From: Trichodelitschia bisporula
Taxonomy: Eukaryota
DNA: 64,000 nt
NCBI GenBank assembly: GCA_010356995.1
Contig: ML996698.1
Coordinates: 121,923-185,922, forward strand
Reading direction: 5' to 3'
Position numbers and translations under genes: made by a program. Under the pieces are notes generated by a model that worked only from the letters and a program-made list of their open reading frames with translations, had not been told where the DNA came from and searched no databases. Below, piece after piece: positions 22,323-35,125 of the stretch. Each line of letters begins with the position of its first letter. Within the stretch, counting starts at the first letter, position 1.

Positions 22323-23560
22323 ATGAAGAAGCCCGAGGCGCCTCTGCGCGCCTCCCCCGAAGCAAGCGTCACCGTCATCGAAGTTGTCGACAAAGACGCA
22401 GAATCACAACACACACAACCCCGCCGACGCGCATGGCGGTTGCGAGGAGCTCGCAGCCGGTGGCACGGATTACCTGCCTTCGAGCGCCGGCGCTGGATAT
22501 GGTGGGCTGCGATACTGATTCTCACGCTCTCTGTTCTGGGGACGTTGTCCGCGATGTACGCTCCCTCCCTCCCTCTCAACCCCCCCCCCCCCACTGACAC
22601 CACAACAGAACCTACCTCTCCCTCCTCACCGCCCTAATCCGTCACCTCACGCCTCCCGCACTGAACAACGGCCTGCACACACTCCTCTCCTTGTACCCGC
22701 TCTCCCCGCCTCCGGCTGCCGATCTCTGGCTGCCGAATTTCAGCAAGGGCGTGCAGCCGAAGCGGATTCATAGTCATAATGACTACGCGCGGGATATTCC
22801 GCTGTTGCGTGCGCTGGGCGCGGGGTGTACGGGTGTTGAGGCGGATATCTGGCCGATTAACGGGACCCTACTGGTTGGACACTCACGGAAAGCGCTGTTT
22901 ACGAACCGCACGCTGAGGAGCCTGTACCTCGATCCGCTGGCTACGATGCTAGGGAAGCAAAACGAGCTCCCCCGAGTAGGAGACGAAGGACCCCGCGGCG
23001 TCTTCGACGAAGATCCAGACGAAACACTAGTCCTACTCCTAGACTTCAAAGATGCGCCCGAAAAAGCCTGGCCATTAGTCCAATCCCAACTCCAACCCTT
23101 CATCGACAACAACTACCTAACCCGCTGGAACGGGTCCGCCCTGCTCCTCGCCCCGCTCACAATCGTGCTCTCGGGCCTCGCATCCCGCAAACTCGATTTC
23201 GTAGCCCAGAGCAACGGGACTGCATTTCTCGACGCGCCCCTCCTCGACCTACCCTCCGGCACATGGAATGCTCAGAACTCGCTGTACGCGAGTGCGCGCG
23301 CTAAAGATGTGTTTGGAGATATTGGCCCTGGGGGATTGACGAAGATCCAGGTTGGGAAAGTGGAGGGTGTGGTCCGGGAGGCGAAGAAGAGGGGGCTTAG
23401 GGCGCGGGTTTGGGGGACGCCGCGGTGGCCGGTGGGATTGAGGGGACGGGTTTGGGGGCAGCTTGCGGGTGCGGGGGTGGGGATGTTGAATGTGGATGAG
23501 GTTGATGTGGCGGGGGGGGGGGATTGGGGGTGTAAGGTTGCGGGGATTAGGGTGTGTTGA
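22323..23560 (+). CDS. Aim6-like PLC-like phosphodiesterase with N-terminal TM helix; intron 22556-22608; start could be 22272 or 22296
   Basis: IHSHNDY, GCTGVEADIW, LLVGH, TLRSLYLDPL, LLLDFK, RVWGTP, LNVD. The GTACG...CTGAC...ACAG intron joins the TM exon in frame. Confidence 0.85.
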
Positions 23561-24289
23561 TGGAGGTGTTGGTGTTTTTGGGGGGGGGTGTTGGGTTGGG
23601 TCGGAGGCTGTGACTGTTTGAGCGTTTGGGCGTTTGGAGGGTATGAATGATGTCTGCGGGATAGACGGGGGGGTTACGGCGTTTAAAGACCTGCTTTGTC
23701 ATAGTAGTTGAAAGCTCTTGAAGAGTCGGTGTTATATGCCGATTTCGAGATCCGCAACGTCATGCTCAGATGCCGCTTGCCGCTTTGTGAAGCTGAAGAT
23801 TTATTTTCGTCCTGCATGTACCCCACATTAGCCGCATATGCATCTCGTCCCGGAGTGATGCGCTCAGCCTCGTCCACCCGACGCCGAACCAACCTCCGAC
23901 GATCCAACCCAGCCTCGCCGAATTCCAACTCCCAACTCCTTCGCCCTCGGGAACATCACCATCCGGCACAGCCCGCCCAAGTACCCGTGCCGCGTGTTAG
24001 AGTGCCCCACACATCTGCTCCAGCCATTCAGTCGAAGGAAGCAAGTATCTGTAAAGTTTCGTCGTGCGAGCTTGATGATGTTGGAATCCGGGGTGCATGA
24101 CGGGTAGATGCGACCTTGACATGTGATCTAGGCGTCTCATCGTCACTTTCTTCAGCCGGGCGTCGTCACTTCCTTCAGCTGGACGTCGTCGCTTCCTTCA
24201 CTGGACGCCCTCGCTTCCTCAACAGGTCGTTGATGCTGGCCTTCTCTGGCCATCTGTTCTTAACTCTCAACTTTTGCCTCTCAACTTTC

Positions 24290-24487
24290 ATTCCTCAACT
24301 CATCTCTCAACTCGTCTCTCAACTTATCTCTCAACTCATCTCTCAACTCATCTCTCAACTCATCTCTCAACTCATCTCTCAACTCATCTCTCAACTCATC
24401 TCTCAACTCATCTCTCAACTATCAACTCTGATCTCTCATCTGTCAACTCTCATCTGTCAACTCTCATCTCTCATCTCTCAACTCTCT
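24290..24487. repeat. 12-bp minisatellite (TCTCAACTCATC)n, about 10 near-perfect units plus a degenerate tail
   Basis: Directly visible. Confidence 0.95.
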
Positions 24488-26765
24488 TTCGTGGATTCAA
24501 GTTGGAACGGTTGAGGTGAGTTTACCTACTTTCGTTTGAGTACACAGGCTCAAAAGCAAGATCTGCAGCATGCACGAACTAGGCGAAGCACATGGACGTG
24601 CAGTTCAGGACCGCTGACGCCAGCAAAGCCTTTGTCGACGTCATGAACCAGAGGGGGTTGGTGCGGGCAATCCTCAACCGCAAGGGCGGAAGCAAGTACG
24701 CCGTGTATACGGCGCCGGACAAGTCGCAAATTATCGCGGATGCGATAACCTGCGACGGACGAGAGGTTCCAACAAAGGCCTTTGCAGGGAAAAATGGATA
24801 TCAGCAGTCGGATAGTCGAAAGACTGACAAAACATGAGTCTGGAATCCTCGCAACTGTCTCGACGCCGGTTCGATTATTTTCGAATCATTCGCGACTGTG
24901 TGCATGCCACATACAGCGCACTTCGTGCGCCCTTCAGCTCCGGATCCACAGAAGATTTCGCAGTGATCGAGATTCTCGACAGAGCAGTCTCAAAGGACAA
25001 CTTCCTAGGAAACGTCATCCAGGTTGGCTCCATGGATGAGAGAACCTTGACATCTTAGATGGCCCCGAACCCCGCCAATCCGCCATCTTTTAAATGCCCC
25101 AGCACCGGTCTCCTCCGCTTCTCGAAAGAAGTCCCTGATAAAGACATGCGCAGTCCTCCTGAAGGTTCTGAACCCGAAGCACTGTCCAATGCTCGAAACC
25201 ATTCGAGTACCTCGAGAGGGTAAGTCTATTTCCATTCTCTGTCGCCTAGGAGGTTAATGTGATATAGTTGAGACGAAAGACCTTGCCCACTGGCTCGCGC
25301 AAGCACCAAACCCGCACGGCTCACGAAGAACTTTGACAGGCTGATGCAAAGGCGGCAGAGCTTCGTTGAGCAGCATATCATCAATCGCACTCCCATTGAC
25401 CGGTGCTTGTTGCAAAGTGCTAGAGCGAGGGTCTGATGCATCTATCTTCGGAACGCAATGAGCCTTCGAAGGACGGGATGGGAGTCCATGCCACTGAGCT
25501 AGGACATCGCACCATGGCTGACGGATCTACTCCGGAGGCCATGCCCGCCTCGCTATCGCAACGGTAGCAGAGAACGCTCACCGATTCGGTGGGTAGCGAT
25601 CTGCTGTTCTTCCTTTCGTGGTATATGGATCGTTTACTTTTCGCCAATCTGCGGTTTATCGAACTGCGGCATGCCGGTCCACGGTAGTGGTGTTTGGAAC
25701 AGGCTGGGAGTTGTAGGACAGAGTCATGAGTGGTGAAGGAAGTGTGAGGCAACGACATATGGTTTTGGGATTGAGGACAGAGCTTCGTGAGCGTCAATCC
25801 AACTTGCCTACGGATGTAGTCAATTCATACGACTACCTCCACAATGTGCAACGTGAGACAAATAAGGTAGTGATGCTTCGCAGGTGAAGTCTTTCGCTAC
25901 GTGCGAAGTTCAGGTTATGCTCTCCACCATAGTCCTGAGCAAGGTCGTCTGGCGCTTCCGCTTGATGAATATCACATTTGCACACCTGCAAGCATGTGTT
26001 CACTAACCTGATACTCCAATGATGGAGATGCAGGCTTCTTCTTCCTCCCAGCCTCTTTCAAATCCTCATCCAGCCCCTCCTCGATAATCCTCGACATCAT
26101 CGTACGACGCACCAGGAATAGCCCCGCTCCAGGCAGCATTATGAAGGCATCCCTTCCCCCACAAACCCGGGCAGTTGAAGCAATGCAACATCGTCCTCCC
26201 GATCCCCGCAGCGTTGCCCGGCCAACCAGCCCCGCCTCGCCGCGCCGCCCAGCCCCGCGATGCCACTGCCGATCGCCCGATGCTAGTCAAGGCGAGGAAT
26301 AGGCCCACAAAGCGGCCCATTAGCGCTCCGTCGAATTAACGGCCTTATACACTTCAGTAACGCAAGCCGGTGTAGCAGCCCTCCGCTAGGTTCATCCAAG
26401 CACATGGTTGACGCGGTGCGGCTTGCGCAATTTGGCGTCGGCTCGGCTCAGCCACTCCCGCGTTTTGTTTGGATAACGCACACCCCCTGGCCCCTAGCAA
26501 CGCGTCTGGCATGCGGGTGCGCCGAGTGTTGCGGGAGGGGGTGCCTCCGGTGTATGCAGGGCTGTGTCTTTGTGGAGGCTGGGACGACGACTGACCCCGC
26601 CTGCGGATTTTTGACAGGTGCTGTGCAGGTTGAGGATTTACGAGTACGACTGCACTTACGACTACGGCTGCATCTACCCTACGGCACTGGACGACAAACG
26701 ATATCACCTTGACCACCTACGACCACTGCGACAACAACATGGCCAGTCGCTCCACCGCCTGAACA

Positions 26766-29196
26766 ATGATGCGCGGCCTCCTCTTCTTCGGCATCACCAG
26801 CGCCCTCGCCCTTGCGCCGCCTTACACTCCGAGTACCCTCCTTTCCGTCAACGATACCCTCTTCCTTCTCACGCCCTCGTCGCTCACAACCCTCGATCCC
26901 CGCGCTGGACTCACTGCCTCAGCTTTGAAGGCAGGTGGTGATGCACTGCCCTTCGGCGGTGGGCCGCGCACGGCATTCGTAGACGATGAGGGCAGCGTGA
27001 GGGTTTGGGCGGGTGGATGCGGGGTTTCCGGAAATCTGTGGACATATGGACGGGGAGAATGGACAGCAGCAGGAATATCAACAGCAAGCTCAACTGGACA
27101 AAGCGCCAGCAGCAGCCCTCCAAACGGCTATCTCGCCTCCGGGCTCTCCTTCGCGCCCACAACCGCCTCACGAGCAAGCTACTACATCTTCGGCGGCTTA
27201 TGTCCCCCCAACTCACCAACCGGCGACTGGGTCTCAGATAGCACATACTCAAACGGCATCCTCACCATCACCAACTCCTCCTCCTCCTCCTCCTCCTCCT
27301 CCTCCTCCGAAGCCTACACATCCACCCCCCTCACCCTCCCCGCCCTCCCCATCCCCCAAGCAGGCCACACCCTCACCCCCCTCGCCCCACTGATCCGAAA
27401 CACAACCACACCCCCCACGCGCCAACAAACCTTCCTCCTCCTCGGCGGCCACACACAAACCGCTTTCCTCAACACCTCCCAGCTGGCCCTCTTCTCCCTC
27501 CCCCAGGCCAGCTGGAGCTACATCACCGTCCCGTCCTCCGCGCCCGTAATAGAGCCCCGCTCCGGGCACACTACCCTCCTGTCCGCCGACGGCGCTTCCC
27601 TGATAGTAGTGGGCGGCTGGCTCGGCACCCCGTCCACGCCCGCCTACCCCACCATCGCAGTTCTGAGCTTGGGATCCGGCTTCGGCGGGGCAGGATGGGG
27701 CTGGTCCGTCCCCAGCCTAGGAAACACAGCCCTCGCCCCCCCGCCCCTCTTCGGCCACGCCGCCACGCTACTCGAGGGCAACATGCTCCTCCTCGCCGGC
27801 GGGTACACCACCTCCCCCAGCCGCCGCCGCGCCGCCCTCACGCCCAACGAACGCACTTTCCTCATGAACCTCACATCCTGGACCTGGGAGTCCACCTACA
27901 CGCCCCCTGCCCCCGCGAACTCGGTTCAAGCACAAGAAACCCGCCCCCTGGGCACGCGCGCCAAAGCGGGCTTAGGCGCGGGACTCGGCGTCCTCGCGGC
28001 GCTGGGCGCGGTGCTGGGTGTGGCGTATTGGGTGTATGCGAGGAAGTGGCGCAGCCGGCGGGAGCAGAAGCGCCAGGAACTTAAATCTGCGATCAGGGTC
28101 ATTGGCCTGGACGGCGCGCCGCCGATGCGCGCGGCGTATACGGGGGATGGGGCTGGGTATGGGAAGTTGAATCGGGTGCGCCCGCGGGGGGTCAGCGGGT
28201 ATGAGCGCGCGAGCTGGGGGGAGGGGTTGGGGAGTCAGGTCATTCATGAGGGGGAGGAGGGGATGAGGCCGCTTGGGTCGCATCCTGTTAGTCCGAGGGG
28301 GAGTAGCCCCGGGGCCAGAGCGCGGGAGGTTAGGGCTTGGACGGAGGGGTGGGAGCGCGCGGTGGGGGATTTGGTGCCTACGGCTGCGGTGCTGGGTGTG
28401 GGTCCTGCGCCGCCGCGGACGCCGGGGAGGACGAGTCCGGTTAAGAGTGAGAGTTCGAGTGAGGGGGGGGGTGTTATTGGGTTGGCGAGGAGTCTGAGTT
28501 TTAGATCTGCGAGGCTTNNNNNNNNNNNNNNNNNNNNNNNNNNNNNNNNNNNNNNNNNNNNNNNNNNNNNNNNNNNNNNNNNNNNNNNNNNNNNNNNNNN
28601 NNNNNNNNNNNNNNNNNNNNNNNNNNNNNNNNNNNNNNNNNNNNAGGGGGACGGGGAGCAGGCCGAACAGTGAAGGCGGGTTTGAGGGGTTGATTGCGGA
28701 GGGGGAGGGGTTGCTCATGGGCTCTTCAGCGGGGAGAAATGAGAGGGAGGGCGTTGCTACGGGGGGTGCGAGGTTGGGTTGGGTCGGCAGCGTGAAGAGG
28801 CGGCTCAACGGGCGGAGCGCGAGTTATGCCCAGTCCGCCGCAGGCGCTTACGAGCCTGTTGCATCGGGCCAGCCGGTCGACGCCCCGCGCCGTGCGGTAA
28901 GTGAAGCGGGGTTTTTGAGAGGGAGGAGGGGGGCGAGGGATTGGCGGGGGGAGGGGGAGGAGAGGAGGAGGAGGGGGGTGGGGGGGGGGGGGACGGGGAC
29001 GCAGGTGGTAGGAATGGAGGGTGGGGAAGGGGAGGAGGGGGAGGGGGATTGGGATGTCGAGGCTGCGGCGGAGGGGCGGGTTGTGCAGCTTATGTTTACG
29101 GTGCCGAGGGAGAGGTTAAGGGTTGTGAATGCTGATGCTGATGAGGGGGGGAGTGTGAGGAGTTTGGAACGGGAGGGTGCGGGGGAGGGGGGGTAG
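26766..29196 (+). CDS. Single-pass membrane protein with extracellular kelch/galactose-oxidase-like beta-propeller; spans the assembly gap
   Basis: Signal peptide; kelch-type YIFGG, GHT, LLLGG, PRSGHT, LFGHAA, LLAGG; TM AGLGAGLGVLAALGAVLGVAYWV; C-terminal DWDVEAAAEGRVVQLMFTVPRERLRVVNAD after the gap. Confidence 0.8.
28518..28644. other. Assembly gap (127 N)
   Basis: Run of N. Confidence 1.
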
Positions 29197-29279
29197 GCTA
29201 GGCTGGGAATGGGGGTGGGGGCGTAGTGTATGGCTTGGTTTGGTGTCTTTCTGGTCGGTATCTAGGGTGGGGTTTAGGA

Positions 29280-29532
29280 GGAGCGGTCGCTTTGCGGTGG
29301 GACGCTGGGTTGGCGTTGCCTGGTGCTTGTTGAGTATCTTGATGGACTGTGTAGACATATCAATCGCTGCCGTTTGCGAGGCTGCGCTTACTGTGACACA
29401 AAGCTGCACTTGAATACGGTGGGGGTGGGTGGGAGCGGTCGCTACGCAGTAGAACGCTGGGTGGCGTTTGCCCGGCCTACCGTATCTAGACGTAGACGTA
29501 TCAATCGCTACTTTGTGTGAGGCTGCTTACTC
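29280..29532. repeat. Imperfect direct repeat of about 100-110 bp (29280-29392 and 29432-29532)
   Basis: Shared blocks GAGCGGTCGCT, ACGCTGGGT, GTAGAC.TATCAATCGCT, GAGGCTGC, CTTACT in the same order. Confidence 0.7.
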
Positions 29533-29853
29533 TTCCATGAGGCTGATCGCTGCCCAAGAGGCTGGCTGACCTTGATGCCCAACACGATGGCGCGGCAATA
29601 CCCGGCGCTACTCGTAGCGGCCCCTCGACGAGCTGCCCCGCTTTCATCCACAGGGCTACGCTATTAAACCGCGTCCGCCCTACCCGTGTCTTCGCGGACG
29701 GTCTGCAGACATATCCTTTTCAGTGGTACTGACCCCCTGCCTCACTCGTTGTTCTTGATGTGGGGTGTCCCGCCAGCCCTGACCAGCCCTGCAGGGGCGG
29801 ACTGCGTGGTGAATGCGGGGTACGGGAGATCGGGCAGCTACGCCCCTTCCTCA

Positions 29854-29859
29854 CCTCGG
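29854..29859 (+). promoter_or_regulatory. Candidate FarA/FarB (CTF1-type) site CCTCGG upstream of fox2
   Basis: Exact hexamer about 115 bp before the ATG. The motif is known from fatty-acid utilisation genes of filamentous ascomycetes, but a 6-mer can occur by chance. Confidence 0.4.
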
Positions 29860-29974
29860 CAATGCCGCGCAGCCGCGCAGTGCGCGCAGTCTTAACCCCC
29901 AGCTTCCGCCTGCTCTATCTAACCGGGCGTCGAGCTTAAAACGACTTCAGTGTTGAGCTTAAACCAACCTCACC

Positions 29975-32900
29975 ATGACTTCTCCTCAGCAGATCCGGTA
30001 CGACAACAGAGTCGTGGTTGTGACGGGAGCGGGGAGTGGGTTGGGCAAGGCTTACGCCCTCTTCTTTGCGGAGAGGGGGGCGAAGGTCGTTGTCAATGAT
30101 CTTGGAGGGGCGTTTAATGGCGGGGGGCAGGATGGGCGGGTTAGTTGCTCTATTCGCTTCCCCGTCCACGGACGTGGACTTGCTTCGCTCGTCCCGGACT
30201 CGGCTAACCCCGCAGGTCGCCGACGCCGTCGTGTCCGAGATCCAACGTGCAGGCGGCACCGCCGTCGCCTCGTACGACAGCGTCGAAAACGGCGAGCGTA
30301 TCATCGCCACGGCCACGCAGGCCTTCGGACGCATCGACGTGCTGATCAACAACGCGGGCATACTGCGGGATGTCACGCTGCGGAACATGAAGGACGAGGA
30401 CTGGGACAAGATCATTGCGGTACATCTGACGGGTGCGTGGAAGACGACCCGGGCTGCGTGGCCGTGGTTTAGGAAGCAGAGATATGGGAGGGTGGTGAAT
30501 ACGAGTAGTACGAGTGGGCTTTATGGGAATTTTGGACAGGGGAATTATGCTGGTGGGTTATATCTATGTTACTGCATTTTCATCATTGTCCCTCCATTAC
30601 TGCCTCTCCATCACTGCCTCTCCGTCCTTACCTCTCCGTCACTGCCTCTCCGCCACTACCCATCCGTCCCTTCTGTCTCTCGGCCCGGACTAACTGACCC
30701 CTTTAGCCGCCAAACTCGCCCTCGTTGGCTTCACGGAAACCCTCGCCAAAGAAGGCGCAAAGTACAACATCCGCGCCACGGCCCTAGCCCCCTCCTCCGC
30801 CTCCCGCCTCACCGCCACCGTCTGGCCCCCCGAAATGATGGCCGCCATGGATCCCGCCTGGGTCGTCCCGCTCGTCGGCGTGCTCGTCCACGAATCTCTC
30901 CCCGCACACCTAAGCGGCGGCATCTTCGAGGCCGCGGCCGGGCACTACGACATGCTCCGCTGGGAGCGCAGCCGCGGCGCCCTCCTCCGACCGGACGAGA
31001 ACCTGACGCCGGATGTGCTGCTACGGAGCTGGGACAAGGTGGTTGATTTCACGGATGCGGAACACCCGCGCGGTGTTGCGGGGGCTATGGGGTTGCTGCA
31101 GCGGGCGAATCAGTTGCCACCGAATGTACCCGGCACGCCGATCCGGTTTGATGGGAAAGTTGTGTTGGTTACGGGGGGTGGGGATGGGCTGGGCCGTGCG
31201 TATGCGCGCCTGTTTGGCCGGCTTGGGGCGAAGGTTGTGGTGAATGATCTTGCGCGGGCGGAGGGCGTGGCGAAAGAGATCCGCGACGCGGGCGGCGAGG
31301 CGATCGCGGTCGCACTCTCGGTCGAGCGCGGGGACGAGGTCGTGGCGAAGGTGGTGGAGACGTACGGGCGCATCGACATCGTGGTCAACAACGCTGGCAT
31401 CCTGCGCGACAAGGCATTTGCGAACATGAGTGACGAGCAGTGGACCGCGGTCATCAACGTTCACTTGCGAGGCACGTATAAGGTCACTAAGGCGGCTTGG
31501 CCGCATATGTTGCGCCAGAAGTACGGGAGAATCGTGAATATCTCGAGCACGAGTGGGATTTATGGGAATTTTGGCCAGGCGAATTATGCGGCGGCGGTAA
31601 GTTTCCTACCTCCCCCTTTAGGTCATCTTATTGACAGTTTAGAAAACTGGTATCTTGGGCTTTTCCAGGACAATTGCACGAGAGGGAGCGAAATATAACA
31701 TTCATGTCAATACGGTTGCGCCGAGTGCTGGGACCGCGATGACGCGGACTGTGCGACCAGAGGCGGAGGTTCAACAACTGAAACCGGAATTCGTAGCGCC
31801 GCTAATTGCCCTCCTGTGTAGCGATGTGTGTCCTACACCGACGGGAGGAATGTACGAGGCGGGATCTGGTTGGTTTGCGGCGACACGATGGCAGCGGGCT
31901 CGCGGCGTTGATTTCCCGCACGACGAGGGTGTGCCGTCTGTTGAGGCCGTGAAGGATGCGTTGTCACACATCACGGACTTTGACGATGGCCGCGCCGATA
32001 ATCCGGAGTCGCCATCGGATGGGGGCAAGTGGGCGGTGGAGAATATTCTACGCAGTTCAAAGGTAATGTCAGCCTTTCAACGGTCAGCCTTGCAATTGGC
32101 GGTGAGCTTGCATTAACTCGGCTTGCAGACGAAGAGTGTAAACATCCGCCGGGAAGACCGCACAAATCGAAAATATCTCAACAAAATCGCGGCTGCGATA
32201 GGCGCAAACGGTCCCCCGACCCGCTTCACGTACACGGATAAGGACGTGATACTGTACAATCTAGGGCTAGGTGCATCGCATACGGATCTCCCCCTCGTCT
32301 ATGAGAAGCACCCTGACTTCCATCCTCTCCCTACTTTCGCCGTCGTACCAACGTACACATCGAAGGCCCCTTACATTCTCGCCGACATACTCCCAAACTT
32401 CAACCCGCGCCTCCTCCTGCACGGCGAGCAGTACCTGGAGCTCAAGTCCTGGCCCATTCCCACCTCTGGCACCCTGCTCACAACCACTAAACTCGTCGAG
32501 GTAGTAGACAAAGCTAACGCAGCCGTGGTGCGTCGCGCGGCAACAACAACCACAGATGAAGGAAAGCCGTTGTTCTACTCCGAGTCCGCCGCCTTCATCC
32601 GCGGGTCCGGCAACTTCGGCGGCTCGCGCAACGCCTCGGATCGCGGGCCCGCCACGGCGGCCAACAAACCACCGGCCCGCGCGCCCGACGCCGTGGTTTC
32701 CGAGACCACACCTACTAACCTCGCAGCCATATACCGCCTCTCCGGCGACCGCAACCCGCTGCACATCGACTCGGCCTTCAGCTCTGTCGGCGGCTTCAAA
32801 GTTCCCATCCTGCACGGACTTGCGACCTTCGGCATCGCGGCCAAACACGTGTCCGCGCGGTACGGCCCGTGGCGCGCGATCAAAGTGCGTTTTGCCGGGA

Positions 32901-33055
32901 CAGTGCTGCCGGGAGAGACAATTGTCACAGAAATGTGGCGCGAGGACGGGCGAGTCATCTTCCAGGCCAAAGTGCAGGAAACGGGCAAGGTGTGCCTTTC
33001 GGCCGCAGCGGCGGAACTGGGTCTTCCGGGGGGCGGGGAAAAGGCTTCCCTATGA
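29975..33055 (+). CDS. fox2: Peroxisomal multifunctional beta-oxidation protein (hydratase-dehydrogenase-epimerase); multi-exon
   Basis: Two SDR domains ([32 protein letters not shown]) followed by hydratase-2/MaoC motifs [27 protein letters not shown]. Confidence 0.96.
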
Positions 33056-33304
33056 ATTGAGGTAGGCAGGTAGATTTAAGAGTGCTATATTTCTCCGCGA
33101 TTGAGTTGCCGCATTCGTTCGCGGGTAATCTCGCGCGGCCCGCGCGGGCGATCGTGCGCGCATCTCCCGTGATAGCCGGCGTAATTAAGCCGATCGTGTA
33201 TATTGCGGTCTAACCGAACTCGCCCTTACCACTGCGAATATGAGATTGAATATGTATGCCGTGAGCCCGTGTGCCGCCGCGCTGGCCGCGAACTGCAGCC
33301 AGCC

Positions 33305-35125
33305 ATGTTGTTAACCGTTCTGCTGTTCGTGGTGCTGGTGGCGGGGAAGGGCGCGTTTTTCCGCAGTGAAAATGGCCATTGGGTTTTTGGGAATGATCAC
33401 TGGAGTGTGACGCAAGGCCCGACGCATGCGAAGCCGCTTACGTATCGCGGGAAGGAGCTCACGGGGCGGGGAGCCGGGCATTATATGGGGATGAGTGCGT
33501 GGTATCCTCATTCACGGCTGACAAGGCTGACGTGTGTTGCAGACGCGAAGAGCACGCTCAAGTGGACCTCGGCTGGGATCGCGCGGAAGGGCACAAACTT
33601 CATCGATGTCAAGCTCACGGCCGCGGAGGGCTCACTACACTGGGTCATCTTCGATGATCTTCACGGTGCATACCAATACTTCGTTAACGGCGGCCTGCCG
33701 GCGCTGGGCGAGTTCCGCGGGCTATGGCGGTTGGACAACCGGACTTTCACGCACGGAGCTACGGCGGGGAAAGAGGGCGCATTGCCACGTCTCCCCGATT
33801 ATGCGAGGGCAAAGAAGGTGCAGGACGAGACGTGGGAGAAGGCAGATGGGAGCTACATCACGAAGTACGACTGGGCAGGTTTCCTGCGGGAGCAGGACGT
33901 GTTCGGGGTGTATGGCGAGGGGGTCGGGAGTTGGTTTATTCATGCGGGAAAGGATTACTTCAATGGGAATCATCTCAAGCAGGAGCTCATGGTGAGTCCG
34001 AAATCGGGTGCGGGGAAGAGGCTGACGGCGAGGCTAGATCCACCGCGAGAGCAACTCCGGCGACACGGTGCAGCTGAACATGATTCATGGCACCCATTTC
34101 CAGGCCACGACGAGCGATAACTTCCCCAAGGGCAAGACGTGGGGCCCGTGGCTGTGGTACCTGGTGCGTCGGCCCGGCATCCCGATCTTCCCCACTTCCC
34201 GACAGCCATTCTAACCCCGCGTATGCAGAACTCCGGCTCCCGGGCCGACGCCACCGCCCGCGCAAAGAAAGAGCTCGCCTCCTGGCCCTACACCTGGCAC
34301 ACCGACGCCGCGTACCAAGCCCGCGGGACGGTACGAGGGATCCTGACTTTATCAGATGGCCGTCCCGCCGCCGGTGCGGCTGTGTTCCTGGGCGACGACC
34401 GCCCGAAGCAGACTGCCCTCGGTATGGGATCCAACTACTACTACACCGGGTATGCAGACGCGACCGGCGCGTTTGAGTTCAAGCACGTACGTGTCGGGAC
34501 GTACGGGCTGCAGGCGTGGGCGAACGGCGGGAAAATCGGCGATGTGCCTGGTGCGATTGAGCTCGACAGTGTGAGTGTGGCGGCGGGGAAGGTTACGGAT
34601 TTGGGGAGCAGAGTGTGGAAGGTGCGTGGGAAGGGGACGGTGTTCCGTGTCGGCGAGTTTGATCGGAAGGCGGTCGGGTTTCGGTATGCCGGCGGGCCGT
34701 ACCAGCATGGCCTCTCCGCAAAGTGTCCTGCGACACTGACGTGGACGGCCGGGACGTCGAAGGCCTCGGACTGGTGCTTTGCGCAGGCGGCGCCGGGGAG
34801 CTGGAAGGTGGTCTTTGAAATCGGCGATCGGCCGGCTAATGCCACGGGCGCAGCGGTGTTGACGGTGAGTTTAGCAGGATACTCAGGGAGTGCGACGACG
34901 GTGCTGGTTAACGGGAAGACGGTTGGGGGTTTTTCGAATAAGAACTTATCGAGTGATCCCGGGACGTACCGGTCTGCTACGACGGCGGGCGAGTGGCATC
35001 AGATGGAGTACAAGCTGGAGGCGGGAGCGCTTAGGCGAGGACAGAATGTTGTTGAGTTTAAGATGACGGAGGCTACGAGGTGGCACGGTGTGATGTGGGA
35101 CGCGGTCATGTTGGAGTGGTTGTAG
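33305..35125 (+). CDS. Rhamnogalacturonan lyase, polysaccharide lyase family 4; 3 introns
   Basis: Signal peptide; LGEFRGLWRLD, KVQDETW, YITKYD, NGNHLKQELM|IHRES...IHGTHF, GPWLWY, WPY.W, G.FEF.HVR.GTY.L.AW, MWDAV.LE. Confidence 0.88.

Noticed and set aside
22580..22592. Frameshift at the poly-C run in the Aim6-like gene
   Set aside because: The run lies inside a canonical intron (22556-22608) that restores the frame.
24116..24519. (LISQ)n and (HLST)n ORFs
   Set aside because: Open frames produced by the 12-bp repeat.
24592..26100. Fragmentary protein-like ORFs
   Set aside because: Broken frames with no assignable family.
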